From an uncultured Actinomycetota bacterium (lineage in GTDB: Bacteria > Actinomycetota > Actinomycetes > JAFAQI01): a stretch of 64,000 nt of DNA. Position 1 is the first letter of the stretch, and the number at the start of each line of letters is the position of its first letter. A model generated the notes under the pieces. It was given only the letters and a program-made list of their open reading frames with translations, was not told where the DNA came from and made no database searches. Location: assembly GCA_963770565.1 (NCBI GenBank), contig CAVYQE010000011.1:800001-864000 (forward strand). Direction: 5' to 3'. The position numbers and the translations under genes are program-made. This document shows positions 10,801 through 19,143 of the stretch, one piece after another.

Positions 10801-12078
10801 GCCAGCGCCAGGCTCTCCGACGACGACATTCGCCGCGTTGCTCACCCAGGCGCCGATGCCGTTGCCAACCGGGTCGCCCTCCGCGTTAAGACCGATCACG
10901 TTGTTGCTCACCGTCGTGCCGGCGGCGTCGATGTCGAGGCCGAGGTAGGTGAGGGTCGAGGTTGATCCGGGCAGCACCGCGTTGCCGGAAATCAGATTGC
11001 CGTCGTCCGGATCCGGTCCGCCGACCACAACATTCTTCGCGGCACTCGATGAAGCGGAGCCGAAGTACGTCACCAGAACGCCGATGTCGTTGGGTAGTGA
11101 AGACGTACCACTGGCGTCCAGTCCGATGGTGTTGCCTTCCACCAGTGTGCCGTCCCCGCCCGTCGCGATGACGATGCCGGGAGCGTCGTTGCCGCTGATG
11201 ATGTTGCGGTCAGCGGCTTGCGGTCCACCGATCACGGAGTTCGCATCGGCGATCTCGATGCCGGCGCTGTTCTGGCCGAAGTCGCCGTTGGGAGCGGCGT
11301 TTCCGCCGCTCGGATCCGTGCCGATCCGGCAGCCGGTCACGATGTTGTGTCCGACTCCGCCGGTCAGCAGGATGCCGATGTTGGCAAAGTTGTCGACGGT
11401 GAGGTTCTCGATGGTGGAGTTGCCGCCCTCGATGGTGAGCGCCGGATCTTGGTTGCCGGACTCGGCCGAACCTGAGATCGCGGTTGCGCTCGCGGTGCCT
11501 CCGTCGATGATGACGGGCTCGGTGATGGCCGGCAGTGTCGAGGTCGGTGCGACCGTCGCGACGCTGAAGGTGATGGTGTCCTTGTCCGTCGACGCGTTCG
11601 CCTCCTGAATAGCGGCACGCAACGTGCAACCGCCGCCGTCGAGTGCATCCACCGCGCAGACCCCGTCCCCGACATCGGCATCGGGTTGGTCAGCATCGGA
11701 ATCCACCACGAATGTCTGAGGTCCGGCATCCGCCTCGGGACGCGCCACCGCTGCGTTGACTGCGGGCGGAACAACCGGCTTCGCGATGCCCCGCTGCGGC
11801 AGCCGCGTGAGCGTGAACTGCTTGTTGAACTTGCCGAGGTCGTAATCAGGCAGGGCACGGTCATCGGCGCGCATCCTGGCCGTTTCTGGAGCCAGGTGAG
11901 TGGCAGGCGTTGCCGCCGACGGGTTGACCCGTGCGACCGAATCGACGGTCGTGACGTGTCTGGCTCCAGGGTGCGTCGGGTGAGCCGTTCCACGTTCGGC
12001 CTGCGCCGCCGGTGCCGCGATCGTGCTACTCACGCACGCGGCGACGATCATCGTCGAGGTGCGCCGGTAAAGCCTCAT
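7885..12078 (-). CDS. Large secreted CSLREA-domain/beta-helix protein with HExxH zinc-peptidase-like, TSP3 and DUF11-like domains
   Basis: Signal peptide; GDGVC...CTLRAAIQEAN; many NxIGTD/NVISGN repeats; MHEFGHTLGLHHGG...NYLSVMNY; DADHDGI....DNCP; DPNSTPNN tail. Confidence 0.8.
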   Translation of the reverse strand: MRLYRRTSTMIVAACVSSTIAAPAAQAERGTAHPTHPGARHVTTVDSVARVNPSAATPATHLAPETARMRADDRALPDYDLGKFNKQFTLTRLPQRGIAKPVVPPAVNAAVARPEADAGPQTFVVDSDADQPDADVGDGVCAVDALDGGGCTLRAAIQEANASTDKDTITFSVATVAPTSTLPAITEPVIIDGGTASATAISGSAESGNQDPALTIEGGNSTIENLTVDNFANIGILLTGGVGHNIVTGCRIGTDPSGGNAAPNGDFGQNSAGIEIADANSVIGGPQAADRNIISGNDAPGIVIATGGDGTLVEGNTIGLDASGTSSLPNDIGVLVTYFGSASSSAAKNVVVGGPDPDDGNLISGNAVLPGSTSTLTYLGLDIDAAGTTVSNNVIGLNAEGDPVGNGIGAWVSNAANVVVGEPGAGNVISGNKHDGLRLDGAADTGDVIQANDIGTDPDSDPGLGNGGPGIGYYYEPYEATTDAPSNVTIGGVGTAGNVISGNGGAGIHLDGPGGNTVSGNHIGTNAAGSGKLHNSDDAIQVENSPNNVIGGTASGSGNVVAGNKDGVLLDGSATTKNLIEGNAIGILGDNKVGIGGSGVSLTNQASGNVIGYSVDQTPQDVCAGACNIIADTSGDGVALDGTVNDDTIRGNWILDVSKLPIAFIDKPVDANEPLPNDEHDADEGANGAINFPTAVMSTIQPNNPGLPIYGGTIVTGTLSPRPASTASEVVDIYGLSAGQIAADPQPADQVDSWGAAPVWLGTATVQPDGTFYFGVPHPGVFVSYSATATDADGNTSEVSPICAPLAGQTSDDADGDGICDEWETRGLDFDGDGKSDLDLKAYGASPTRRDLFAEVDYYRGFAPKQQALVDVQEAFADSPVSATNDPSHTGIRLHLGATTDDEKLSDDEVSPRPGEHAMTQSQLIDIRDGDRDCAGVFGSLEDRNSSDCWQILGAKHMIWRYIFFGDAMSGGPNVTGEADIAGRTAVITLGPAMRSSRDPNALRMPRTIAVAGGWPTQCTDYASCLAQVQAATMMHEFGHTLGLHHGGGDDTNFKPNYLSVMNYNLLYRDVVPNRPLDYSRASLPSLNEGALNENAAIAGTVKRDTLGDWTTTVYQGPTRNSAGNVVAGSCGLLAASIFTPIDWNDNGRIDTSAVTESQSDDSGAYGCSSPVPVGSQLTSHDDWAGLQYTPVPVLVDSWAWAPQSAAHARADTSDASTSTEPGIDPWQQAMSADADHDGIVNTKDNCPTVSNHSQASSSVKGIGKACVSLIKERDLNITMKVTGKAKKGKLLHLTVSLHDSYPLAATGDVVSVKVPRGLTLKSAKASSGKFQKSSGHWVVRTIGGEKTVTLSLVLVVKGKLPTTATAELIKAGQRDPNSTPNNHNPFEDDEARKVIG

Positions 12079-12289
12079 GAGTAGACCCCATTCCTCATCG
12101 CGATCAGCCCGGATCGACGGCTTCGCTCACTGCGGACTGTTGCATAGCCGCAGTCGCGAGGTCCGAGACTCCCGCCATCTCAGCCGTCGTACCCTGCCAC
12201 GGATCGCCAGTGGACTCGCGCTTCTGCGACCTCAACGGCAACAAGCAATCTGGCAGAGGATGGCCTCCAACGCTCACCACAGGCCAGAT

Positions 12290-12566
12290 CGGGACAGCCC
12301 TCCCAGCGAACCGCGTAGACGTCATCTGACCCGGCGAAGGGCGTGCGATAGAGCGCGATCTTGCGCTGCGCGGATGAGTGCGCGTCGGCGGGTCCTTGGT
12401 TGCCGACGAACAGGGCGTCCTGCGATGGATCATCCAATACGACGGAGCCGCCGGTGATGCCGAGTACGCGATGAAGTCTTGAGTTCTCAGCCTTGACTGA
12501 CGCGAGCTCGGCGCGAAGTCTCGCGATCTCGTCGGCGGCGCTGATCGCGCCTGTGGCTTCACCCAT
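12290..12566 (-). pseudogene. N-terminal remnant of a TOTE-type primase/helicase-like protein
   Basis: EIARLRAE....ENSRL..LG then KIALY...FAG.DDVYAVRWE; similarity ends after ~90 codons. Confidence 0.45.
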
Positions 12567-12582
12567 GTGCCAGTTCGCCGTC

Positions 12583-12940
12583 CTACCTCTTGAGTCGGTC
12601 GGCACAACACTTGGCTCTGGCAACCACTCGATCCAGGAGGATGGACGGCAGCGGGCTGTCGAGTTCGGTGATGCTCGGGGTCGGCGCGCACGGTGGCGAA
12701 CGCGTCAGGTGCGACCTCGCACATCGATTGAACTTGGGCCAGCAGTTGGTCGGCGTCGACACGCAAGGCGGAGGCGGCATCGATCCAATCGTCGGCGTTG
12801 ATCCGCGGTGCCGGGTACTTGCCACCAACCTTCATCGCGAGCTTGATCTTCGGTTCGTAGAAGTCGGGATACGGCAGTGCGCTGCCGATTACGTAGAACG
12901 GCGCCAACCTCACCTGCCGACCTGACAGCAACAGTGCATC
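12583..12940 (-). pseudogene. HipA-type kinase toxin C-terminal remnant (frameshifted)
   Basis: LLLSGRQVRLAPFY...SALPY...KLAMKVGG is typical of the HipA C-terminus; cut off at the arm repeats. Confidence 0.6.
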
Positions 12941-12942
12941 TT

Positions 12943-13237
12943 GGTTGCTCTGTGGTTGCTCCCAGAATATTTCAGCGGCCAACTCAACCGCATGAGGACA
13001 CCGCGGGGGACTGCGTTTGTGCAGGTCAGGGCGCTCTCCTGGCGCTAGACGGCGCGGTTGCGCTCTACTTCAACAAAAGGGCGAACTCAGTCGGCGAGAA
13101 GAGCATCTCCGCAGGTCGGGGGCATGATCAACGATCATGAAAAACCGGGGCTTAGATGTCGTAATAGAGCGCGAGGAAGGGCTCTGATCTGGATGTACAC
13201 CCTCCGCAGCCGCCGGCCGGGGCACAACTGGGGCACA
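12943..13237. mobile_element. att junction between islands B and A
   Basis: TTAGATGTCGTAATAGAGCGCGA at 13152-13174 reads A-L-Y-Y-D-I-stop on the minus strand; GGTTGCTC x2 (12943, 12954) on the left, GGGGCACA x2 (13219, 13230) on the right. Confidence 0.88.
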
Positions 13238-13339
13238 GGAGCGGTGCAGCTTGTCGCGTGCATGCTCCCTATAACAACGACGCTGCCTCGGGGTCATGTC
13301 ATGAACTGTTCTCGAGATCGCACATCGCTTCCGGTGCTC

Positions 13340-13996
13340 GCTCGCTTCGTTGACGGGATGGCGGTGATGGGTACCACGATCGATGTCGTGCTCGCTAAGC
13401 CGAACCCGACACCGGCCGAGCTGATATCGATGAGCGTCGAGGTGCGCCGGGCCGTCGAGCACGCGGAGCGACTGATCGACGCCCTACTGGTACTCGCACG
13501 CACCGACCAGGCCCGTGCGCTCACGGACCCGCTAGACCTGGCCGTCGTCGCCGAGGATGCGCTGGAAGGGCGTACCACTGACGGCATCACCACGACCGCC
13601 GCCCTCAACGAGGCCCCCGTGGCCGGCGACCGGGTGCTGCTGGAACGGCTCGTCACCAACCTGCTCGACAACGCCGAGCGTTACAACGTCGCCGGCGGCA
13701 CCATCGCGATCTCGACCATGATCGACAACGGCGCGACATCCATGTTGCGCGTGGTCAACACCGGCCCGAAGGTCCCGGCCGACATGGTCGAACGCCTCTT
13801 CCAGCCCTTCACCCGGCTCAACGACCGCGTCCGCCACGACGGCTTCGGGCTAGGCCTCACCCTCGTCTCGTCGATCGCCGCGGTGCATGGCGGCACGGTG
13901 GCCGCCACTGCTCAGCCCACCGGAGGCCTGGACATCAGGGTCTACCTGCCCCGCCGCGGCCACGTCACCGTGGCAACCACCGCAGCATTCACCTGA
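13340..13996 (+). pseudogene. Sensor histidine kinase, truncated (HATPase intact, H-box missing)
   Basis: LIDALL.LAR, GD..LL..LVTNLLDNA.RY, LFQPF.R, GFGLGL; no ASHELRTP motif and no TM/sensor part. Confidence 0.7.
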
Positions 13997-14401
13997 ACAC
14001 ACACGGGTTGACCCGCCGTACGCCGCTAGCGTCGCGTCCCGGGTCGAGCGCGCCGATGGCGGACCCTGGGGCCCCCGCTCACATCCTCAGACGGGAGGCT
14101 AGGCCCGTTGACTCGCCGGCGAGTCTCGTCGCGAATTCCTCGGATTACGTCGATTGATTTTCCGGCGGGGTCCTCCAGGTGCAAATCCTCGAAGTGTTTT
14201 GCCTAGGGATCAGTGCGGCGTCAACGGCGAGCAGGAGCTCGCCAACCACCGAGCGCATGCTCGCCGCGCTCGACCGCTCCCGGGACCGACCCCGGGCCGA
14301 TCCCATTAGTAGGCCCCTTTTCGGAGCGCAGCGGCCTTGGCCTCGCCGGGTTAGGTCTATGGGTCCGGATCCTTCATCGCGCAACTGACCGGATCGGGTG
14401 C

Positions 14402-14430
14402 TTGCACTATTGCGGTTTGGCAGGAATGAT
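14402..14430 (+). promoter_or_regulatory. Putative sigma70-type promoter for the riboswitch/ehr operon
   Basis: TTGCAC-17 nt-AATGAT, ending 8 nt before the riboswitch 5' end. Confidence 0.5.
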
Positions 14431-14438
14431 GCGCCCTA

Positions 14439-14527
14439 GGCGATGAGGCTCGCCTTTGCCCGCGGTTCGCCCCGCTGATGGCCTCTACCGAGCAGCGCCA
14501 ACGTCATGTTGGCGTCGGTAGAGGAGG
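14439..14527 (+). promoter_or_regulatory. Fluoride (crcB) riboswitch with translational expression platform
   Basis: GGCGATGAGGCTCGCC...GCTGATGGCCTCTAC: P1 GGCGA/TCGCC, pseudoknot GAGGC/GCCTC; alternative helix CCTCTACCGA/TCGGTAGAGG covers the SD GAGGAGG. Confidence 0.9.
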
Positions 14528-14533
14528 ACCGTC

Positions 14534-15487
14534 GTGATTGCACCGGCGGTGGCTCAGGCCGCGCAGGTCGTCACGGTTGCCGTCGGCGCGCCGTGGATCT
14601 CCGGCGTGATCGCCCGGGTTGAAGCACGGCTGCAAGGTCGCCGGGGGCCGCGGGTGCTGCAGCCATATTTCGACCTGGCGAAGTTGTTCCGCAAGGAGTC
14701 TCTTGCGCCTGATGGCGCGAGCTGGATTTTCCTCGCGGCCCCGTTCATTGCGTTCGTGGCTTATCTCACGGTCCCGTTCCTGATCCCGGTCCTGACGAAC
14801 TTTCCGCTGCCGTTCGGGTCCATGGGCGACATTCTCGGCGGTGGGCTGATCCTCGCGTTGGGTAGCTTCTTCACCGCGACCGCAGCGGCGGAGACGTCGT
14901 CGCCGTACGCGCAGATCGGTGCTTCTCGGGCCAAGACGTTCTCTGCTCTTGCGGAGCCGACGCTGCTGCTCGTGTTTGTCGCTGTCGCGACGATTACCTC
15001 AACGGACCTTCCGTACGCGTTGGCCAAGACTGTGCATCATTCGACCGCGCAGATCGTGCGCCCTGGGCATCTGCTCGCTGCCGCGGCGTTGTTGTGTGTG
15101 ATCCTGTTCGAGACTGGTCGGATCCCGATCGAGGGCCACCATGGCACCAACGAGTTCGGGTTCATCGACGAGGGCAAGCCGTTCGAGCACTCGGGCCCGT
15201 ATTACGCACTGCTGACCTGGGCGTCGCACATCAAGCAGATGGTGCTCTACGTGATCTTCCTTGATGTGTTCCTGGTCCCATGGGGCCTGGCCGGTACTCG
15301 CGGGGTGGGCCCGCTGCTGCTGGCGGTCCCGATCATTCTCGGCAAGTGTGCAGGTCTTGGCGTCGTCGTAGCGGTCATCGACAACACCTGGGCGAAGCTT
15401 CGCCTGTACAAGATCACTGAGTTCCTCGCGGCGGCGTTCCTGCTCGCCGTTCTTTCGACGTTCACGTTGACGTTCGGAGGTGGCTGA
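14534..15487 (+). CDS. hycD: HycD/HyfC (NuoH-like) membrane subunit
   Basis: ARLQGRRGP..LQPY.DL.KLF.KE; ETGRIP; EHSG. Confidence 0.85.
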   Translation: MIAPAVAQAAQVVTVAVGAPWISGVIARVEARLQGRRGPRVLQPYFDLAKLFRKESLAPDGASWIFLAAPFIAFVAYLTVPFLIPVLTNFPLPFGSMGDILGGGLILALGSFFTATAAAETSSPYAQIGASRAKTFSALAEPTLLLVFVAVATITSTDLPYALAKTVHHSTAQIVRPGHLLAAAALLCVILFETGRIPIEGHHGTNEFGFIDEGKPFEHSGPYYALLTWASHIKQMVLYVIFLDVFLVPWGLAGTRGVGPLLLAVPIILGKCAGLGVVVAVIDNTWAKLRLYKITEFLAAAFLLAVLSTFTLTFGGG

Positions 15488-16152
15488 TGCATCCGGTTCC
15501 GACCGTTTTCCAAGGCACCAGTAACACGATTGCGGTGCTCGTGCTGCTGACCGAGTTCGCGATGCTGCGCGCCGACCTGCTGCGGGCGCAGCTTCGGCTG
15601 TACGCCGCGCAGTCGCTGTTGTTGTCGGTGCTTGCGGTCGTGGTGGCAGCCAGCCGGCACGTCCCCGAGCTGTACGTGCTTGCGGGCCTTTCGTTCCTGC
15701 TCAAGGTCATCGTGGTGCCGACCGTGGTGACCCGGTTGCTCCGTAACACGTCGACCGAGATCGCGGGCAGCGGTGCGCTCGGGGTCGCCAGCGAGATCCT
15801 GGTCGCCCTCATTGTTGCGGCCTTTGGCTTCTTCGCGATAGGAGCGCTCAATCTCAACTCGGCGGTGCTGCCGAGGACGGCGTTGTCCCTGGCGTTCGCG
15901 GTGGTGCTGGTTGCGTTCGTGCTGATCATCGTGCGCAGCGACCTGATTTCGCAGGCGGTCGGGTTCTTTTCGCTCGAGAACGGGGTGTCGCTGTCCAGTC
16001 TGGTCGTGGCAAGTGGCCTCCCGCTCATCCTCGAGGTGGCGTTTCTCTTCGACCTGCTCGTGGCCGTAGTGATCTTCGGCGTGCTCGCTCGGGTCACGCA
16101 CGGTCGTTCAGGGACTCTTTCAACCTCGCTGCTCAACGAGCTGCGGGGCTGA
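15487..16152 (+). CDS. hyfE: HyfE/HycP-like membrane subunit
   Basis: Hydrophobic; YAAQS, LKV..VP, SQ.VG..SLENG, P...E....FD. Confidence 0.85.
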   Translation: MHPVPTVFQGTSNTIAVLVLLTEFAMLRADLLRAQLRLYAAQSLLLSVLAVVVAASRHVPELYVLAGLSFLLKVIVVPTVVTRLLRNTSTEIAGSGALGVASEILVALIVAAFGFFAIGALNLNSAVLPRTALSLAFAVVLVAFVLIIVRSDLISQAVGFFSLENGVSLSSLVVASGLPLILEVAFLFDLLVAVVIFGVLARVTHGRSGTLSTSLLNELRG

Positions 16153-16153
16153 G

Positions 16154-17635
16154 ATGAGCGGGGTCCTGGTCGCGCTGCTGTTCGTCGGGTTCGCGGCTTC
16201 GCTGGTGTGCCTGGTGGCTCCGCCGATGGTGATGAAGGCCGTCACCATCGTCGCCGGAGTCAGCACGCTTGGCCTCACGGTCAGCCTGGTTCCGACCGTC
16301 GCGACGCACAACATCACGGCCGGAAAGTATCTGCGGGCCGACGCCCTGTCCGTCGTCTTCCTCCTTGCCACTGGCGTGCTTTACGCACTGGTGTCGGTCT
16401 ACACCGTGGGATACGTGAAGGGCGAGCACGGCGGCCACGAGGTGGACCGCTACCTGCGGCGGTTCTACATCGGAATCAACGTCTTCGGGGCGTCGATGCT
16501 CGCCGCGCCACTGGTCAACGGGCTCGCGTTGCTGTGGATCGCAATCGAGATCACCACGGTCGTGTCCGCGCTGCTGGTCGCGATCGACATCAGCGACACC
16601 GCCACCGAAGCCGCCTGGAAGTATCTGCTGATCGCCTCGGTCGGACTCGGCGTCGCGCTGCTCGCGACCATCGTGATGGACTACGCTGGCGCGCAGGTCT
16701 TCGGCTCCTCGTTCGATCTTTCGTTCGCTCCACTGATCCAGGCCGGACATCAGCTTCCGGCGACCCCGGTGCGGCTTGCCTTCGTGCTGTCAGTGGTCGG
16801 GTTCGGGACCAAGGTCGGCCTCGCGCCGATGCACACCTGGCTGCCCGATGCGCACGCCGAGGCACCGACGCCGGTGTCCGCGATGTTGTCCGGGGCACTG
16901 CTTACTACGAGCTTCTACGCGGTCTTGCGCTACTTCCAGATCGCCACCGGCTCGTTGGGGTCGGCGTTCCCGCGGCACGTACTGCTCGTCTTCGGGCTCA
17001 TGTCGTTGCTGGTCGCGGCGCTATATCTCCTTGACCAACAAGATATCAAGCGGTTGTTCGCGTACTCCTCCATCGAACACATGGGGGTGCTCGCGATCGG
17101 GATGAGTTTCGCGTCACCGCTCGCTCTGTTCGGTGTCCTGCTGCACGTCATCGCGCACGCCGCCGCGAAGGGCAATGCCTTCATGGGGGCCGGGGTGATG
17201 GTGCGCAAGTACCGCACCAAGCAGCTCACCTCGTTGCGCGGGGGATTGAGCCTGCTGCCGTGGACCGGCCCGCTGCTGCTGGCGTCGGTGCTCGCGCTGT
17301 CGGCAAGCCCACCCTTCGGGATCTTCCGGAGCGAGTTCGCGATCGTCGCTGGTGGGTTTGCCGGCGGCGGAAGCGCGGCGGCAGCGGTAATGGTCGCGCT
17401 GGTCACGGTGGCATTCGTGGGGCTGACTCTGGCCTCGACCCGGATCCTGTTCGCTGCGCCGCCGCGCCCGGGCCCCGGCACCGACAGCCCGATGTACCAC
17501 CCGGGTGAGCCCAGCGGGTGGATGGTGGCACCGATGGTGGGCGGGATCGTGATCCTGGTACTCCTTGGCGTGCACATCCCCGGCGACCTCGCGGAGTTGC
17601 TCCGGCGTGGCGCCGCCGAGCTCGGGGCAACGTGA
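16154..17635 (+). CDS. hyfF: HyfF/HycQ proton-conducting antiporter-like subunit
   Basis: LWIAIE.TT, EAAWKY, GFGTKVGLAPMHTWLPDAHAEAP, KRLFAYSSIEHMG. Confidence 0.88.
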   Translation: MSGVLVALLFVGFAASLVCLVAPPMVMKAVTIVAGVSTLGLTVSLVPTVATHNITAGKYLRADALSVVFLLATGVLYALVSVYTVGYVKGEHGGHEVDRYLRRFYIGINVFGASMLAAPLVNGLALLWIAIEITTVVSALLVAIDISDTATEAAWKYLLIASVGLGVALLATIVMDYAGAQVFGSSFDLSFAPLIQAGHQLPATPVRLAFVLSVVGFGTKVGLAPMHTWLPDAHAEAPTPVSAMLSGALLTTSFYAVLRYFQIATGSLGSAFPRHVLLVFGLMSLLVAALYLLDQQDIKRLFAYSSIEHMGVLAIGMSFASPLALFGVLLHVIAHAAAKGNAFMGAGVMVRKYRTKQLTSLRGGLSLLPWTGPLLLASVLALSASPPFGIFRSEFAIVAGGFAGGGSAAAAVMVALVTVAFVGLTLASTRILFAAPPRPGPGTDSPMYHPGEPSGWMVAPMVGGIVILVLLGVHIPGDLAELLRRGAAELGAT

Positions 17636-19143
17636 TGACCGCATCCCCGACGGTGACCGTGAAGTCCGGTGTCGACAGCTGGCGGCAGGAAGTTGCCCGC
17701 CGACATCGGGAAGGACAGCGCCTCGCTGCGTTGTTTGCGACCGCGAGCAAGGGCGGTGCGCTGCGATTGACCGCGGCGCTCGCCACAGCCTCGCGAATCG
17801 ATCTGGTTGATGCCGTGCTGCCGGGCGGGGCGACGAGCTATCCCGCTCTGACGCCGTTGGTACCGGCGGCGTTCTGGTACGAACGTGAGATCCATGACCT
17901 GTTCGGCATCCGGGCCGACGGCCATCCTCGACTCGACCCCCTGGTGCTGCCGCTGCACGATGGCGACCTGCGTCCCCGACCAGGCGCCACGGGGCAGCCC
18001 GCACAGCTCACTCCTGACGAGACGCCAGTGACCGGTCATCTTGCGGGCTCCGGTTTGTTCACCTTGCCGCACGGACCCGTGCGGTCCGGCGTGATGGAAT
18101 CCGTGGAGTACCTCGTCGAAACACCCGGCGAGGACATCCCGCACCTTCGAGTTCGGCCGTATGCGAAGCATCGCGGAATCGAGAAGCGATTCGAAGCCCT
18201 CGACCCAGCGACCGGTGTGCTGCTGGCCGAGCGCGTCGAGGGGATCGCGTCGGTGGCGCATGCGATCGCCTACTCATCCGCGCTCGAAAACCTCAGCGGC
18301 ATCGAGGTTCCCCCTGCGGCGGCGATGATTCGGGTGGTTCACGCTGAGCTGGAACGGATCGCGAACCACCTCGACGCCGCGATGCGGCTCTGCGACGCCG
18401 CGGCGCTCGGGGTCGCGACCGCCCGGTTTGGCTGGCACAAGGAACGCGCGATGCGGCTACGTAGTGCGACCTGTGGGAGCCGCTACGGTCGCGGTGTCGT
18501 CTCCCCGGGTGGGGTCCGCGCCCCGTTGGCGCTACCTGCTGCTGACCTCGCCGCGCAACTGCAGGTGTTGGAACGCGATATCAGTGGTGATGAACGAGCG
18601 GCGATGACCACCGCGTCGCTGCTGGATCGGTTCCGTGGGACCGGCCCGTTGCCGACCGAGCTGGCCAGGCGTCACGGTGCCCTCGGACCGATCGGGCGTG
18701 CTTCGGGTGCGGGCGAGGATGTCCGAGCTTCGCGGCCGTACGCCGGATACCGGACCTTGCAGGTCGATGCTGTCCCCGGACCCGCCGACGAGGATGTGCA
18801 GGCGCGGTTGCGGGTGCGCTGGGCCGAGCTGCACGAGTCCTTCCGGCTCCTGCGGCTCGCACTGGCCAGCCTGGTGGAGTTAGCAAAGCCGAACGGCAGC
18901 CCCGAGCTTCGGACCGACGTTTGGCTTCCCGACGGGCGTGGGATCGGGTGGGCCGAAGCCCCACAAGGCGAAGTGCTGTACGTGATCGACGTGGCCGGCG
19001 GGCAGCTCCAGCGAGTAAAACCACGGTCGGCGTCGTTTCATAACCTGCTGCTCTTCCATGCGGTCTTCGCCGGCGACATCTTCACCGACTTTCCGTTCAT
19101 CGAGGCAAGTTTCGGACTGTCGATCGCAGGGGTGGCGTTGTAG
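17635..19143 (+). CDS. hycE: HycE/HyfG-like (NuoC-D fusion) large subunit without [NiFe] ligands (Ehr-type)
   Basis: WYEREIHDLFGI, HGPVRSGV.E, KHRGIEK, ELERIANHL, EAPQGE; L1 reads RVEGIA, C-terminus has no DPCxxC. Confidence 0.85.
   Translation: MTASPTVTVKSGVDSWRQEVARRHREGQRLAALFATASKGGALRLTAALATASRIDLVDAVLPGGATSYPALTPLVPAAFWYEREIHDLFGIRADGHPRLDPLVLPLHDGDLRPRPGATGQPAQLTPDETPVTGHLAGSGLFTLPHGPVRSGVMESVEYLVETPGEDIPHLRVRPYAKHRGIEKRFEALDPATGVLLAERVEGIASVAHAIAYSSALENLSGIEVPPAAAMIRVVHAELERIANHLDAAMRLCDAAALGVATARFGWHKERAMRLRSATCGSRYGRGVVSPGGVRAPLALPAADLAAQLQVLERDISGDERAAMTTASLLDRFRGTGPLPTELARRHGALGPIGRASGAGEDVRASRPYAGYRTLQVDAVPGPADEDVQARLRVRWAELHESFRLLRLALASLVELAKPNGSPELRTDVWLPDGRGIGWAEAPQGEVLYVIDVAGGQLQRVKPRSASFHNLLLFHAVFAGDIFTDFPFIEASFGLSIAGVAL

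Larger units (their letters stand above)
3570..13174. mobile_element. Genomic island B (~9.6 kb) bounded by glnA-tail direct repeats
   Basis: Direct repeat TTAGATGTCGTAA at both ends; GGTTGCTC repeats inside both ends. Confidence 0.75.

Noticed and set aside
12104-12982. 292-aa ORF as one gene
   Set aside because: Chimera of att-arm sequence, a HipA fragment and out-of-frame sequence
14145-14384. ArsR/CmtR-like regulator remnant upstream of the ehr operon
   Set aside because: Only a short C-terminal resemblance (VVGELLLAVD); no HTH; too weak
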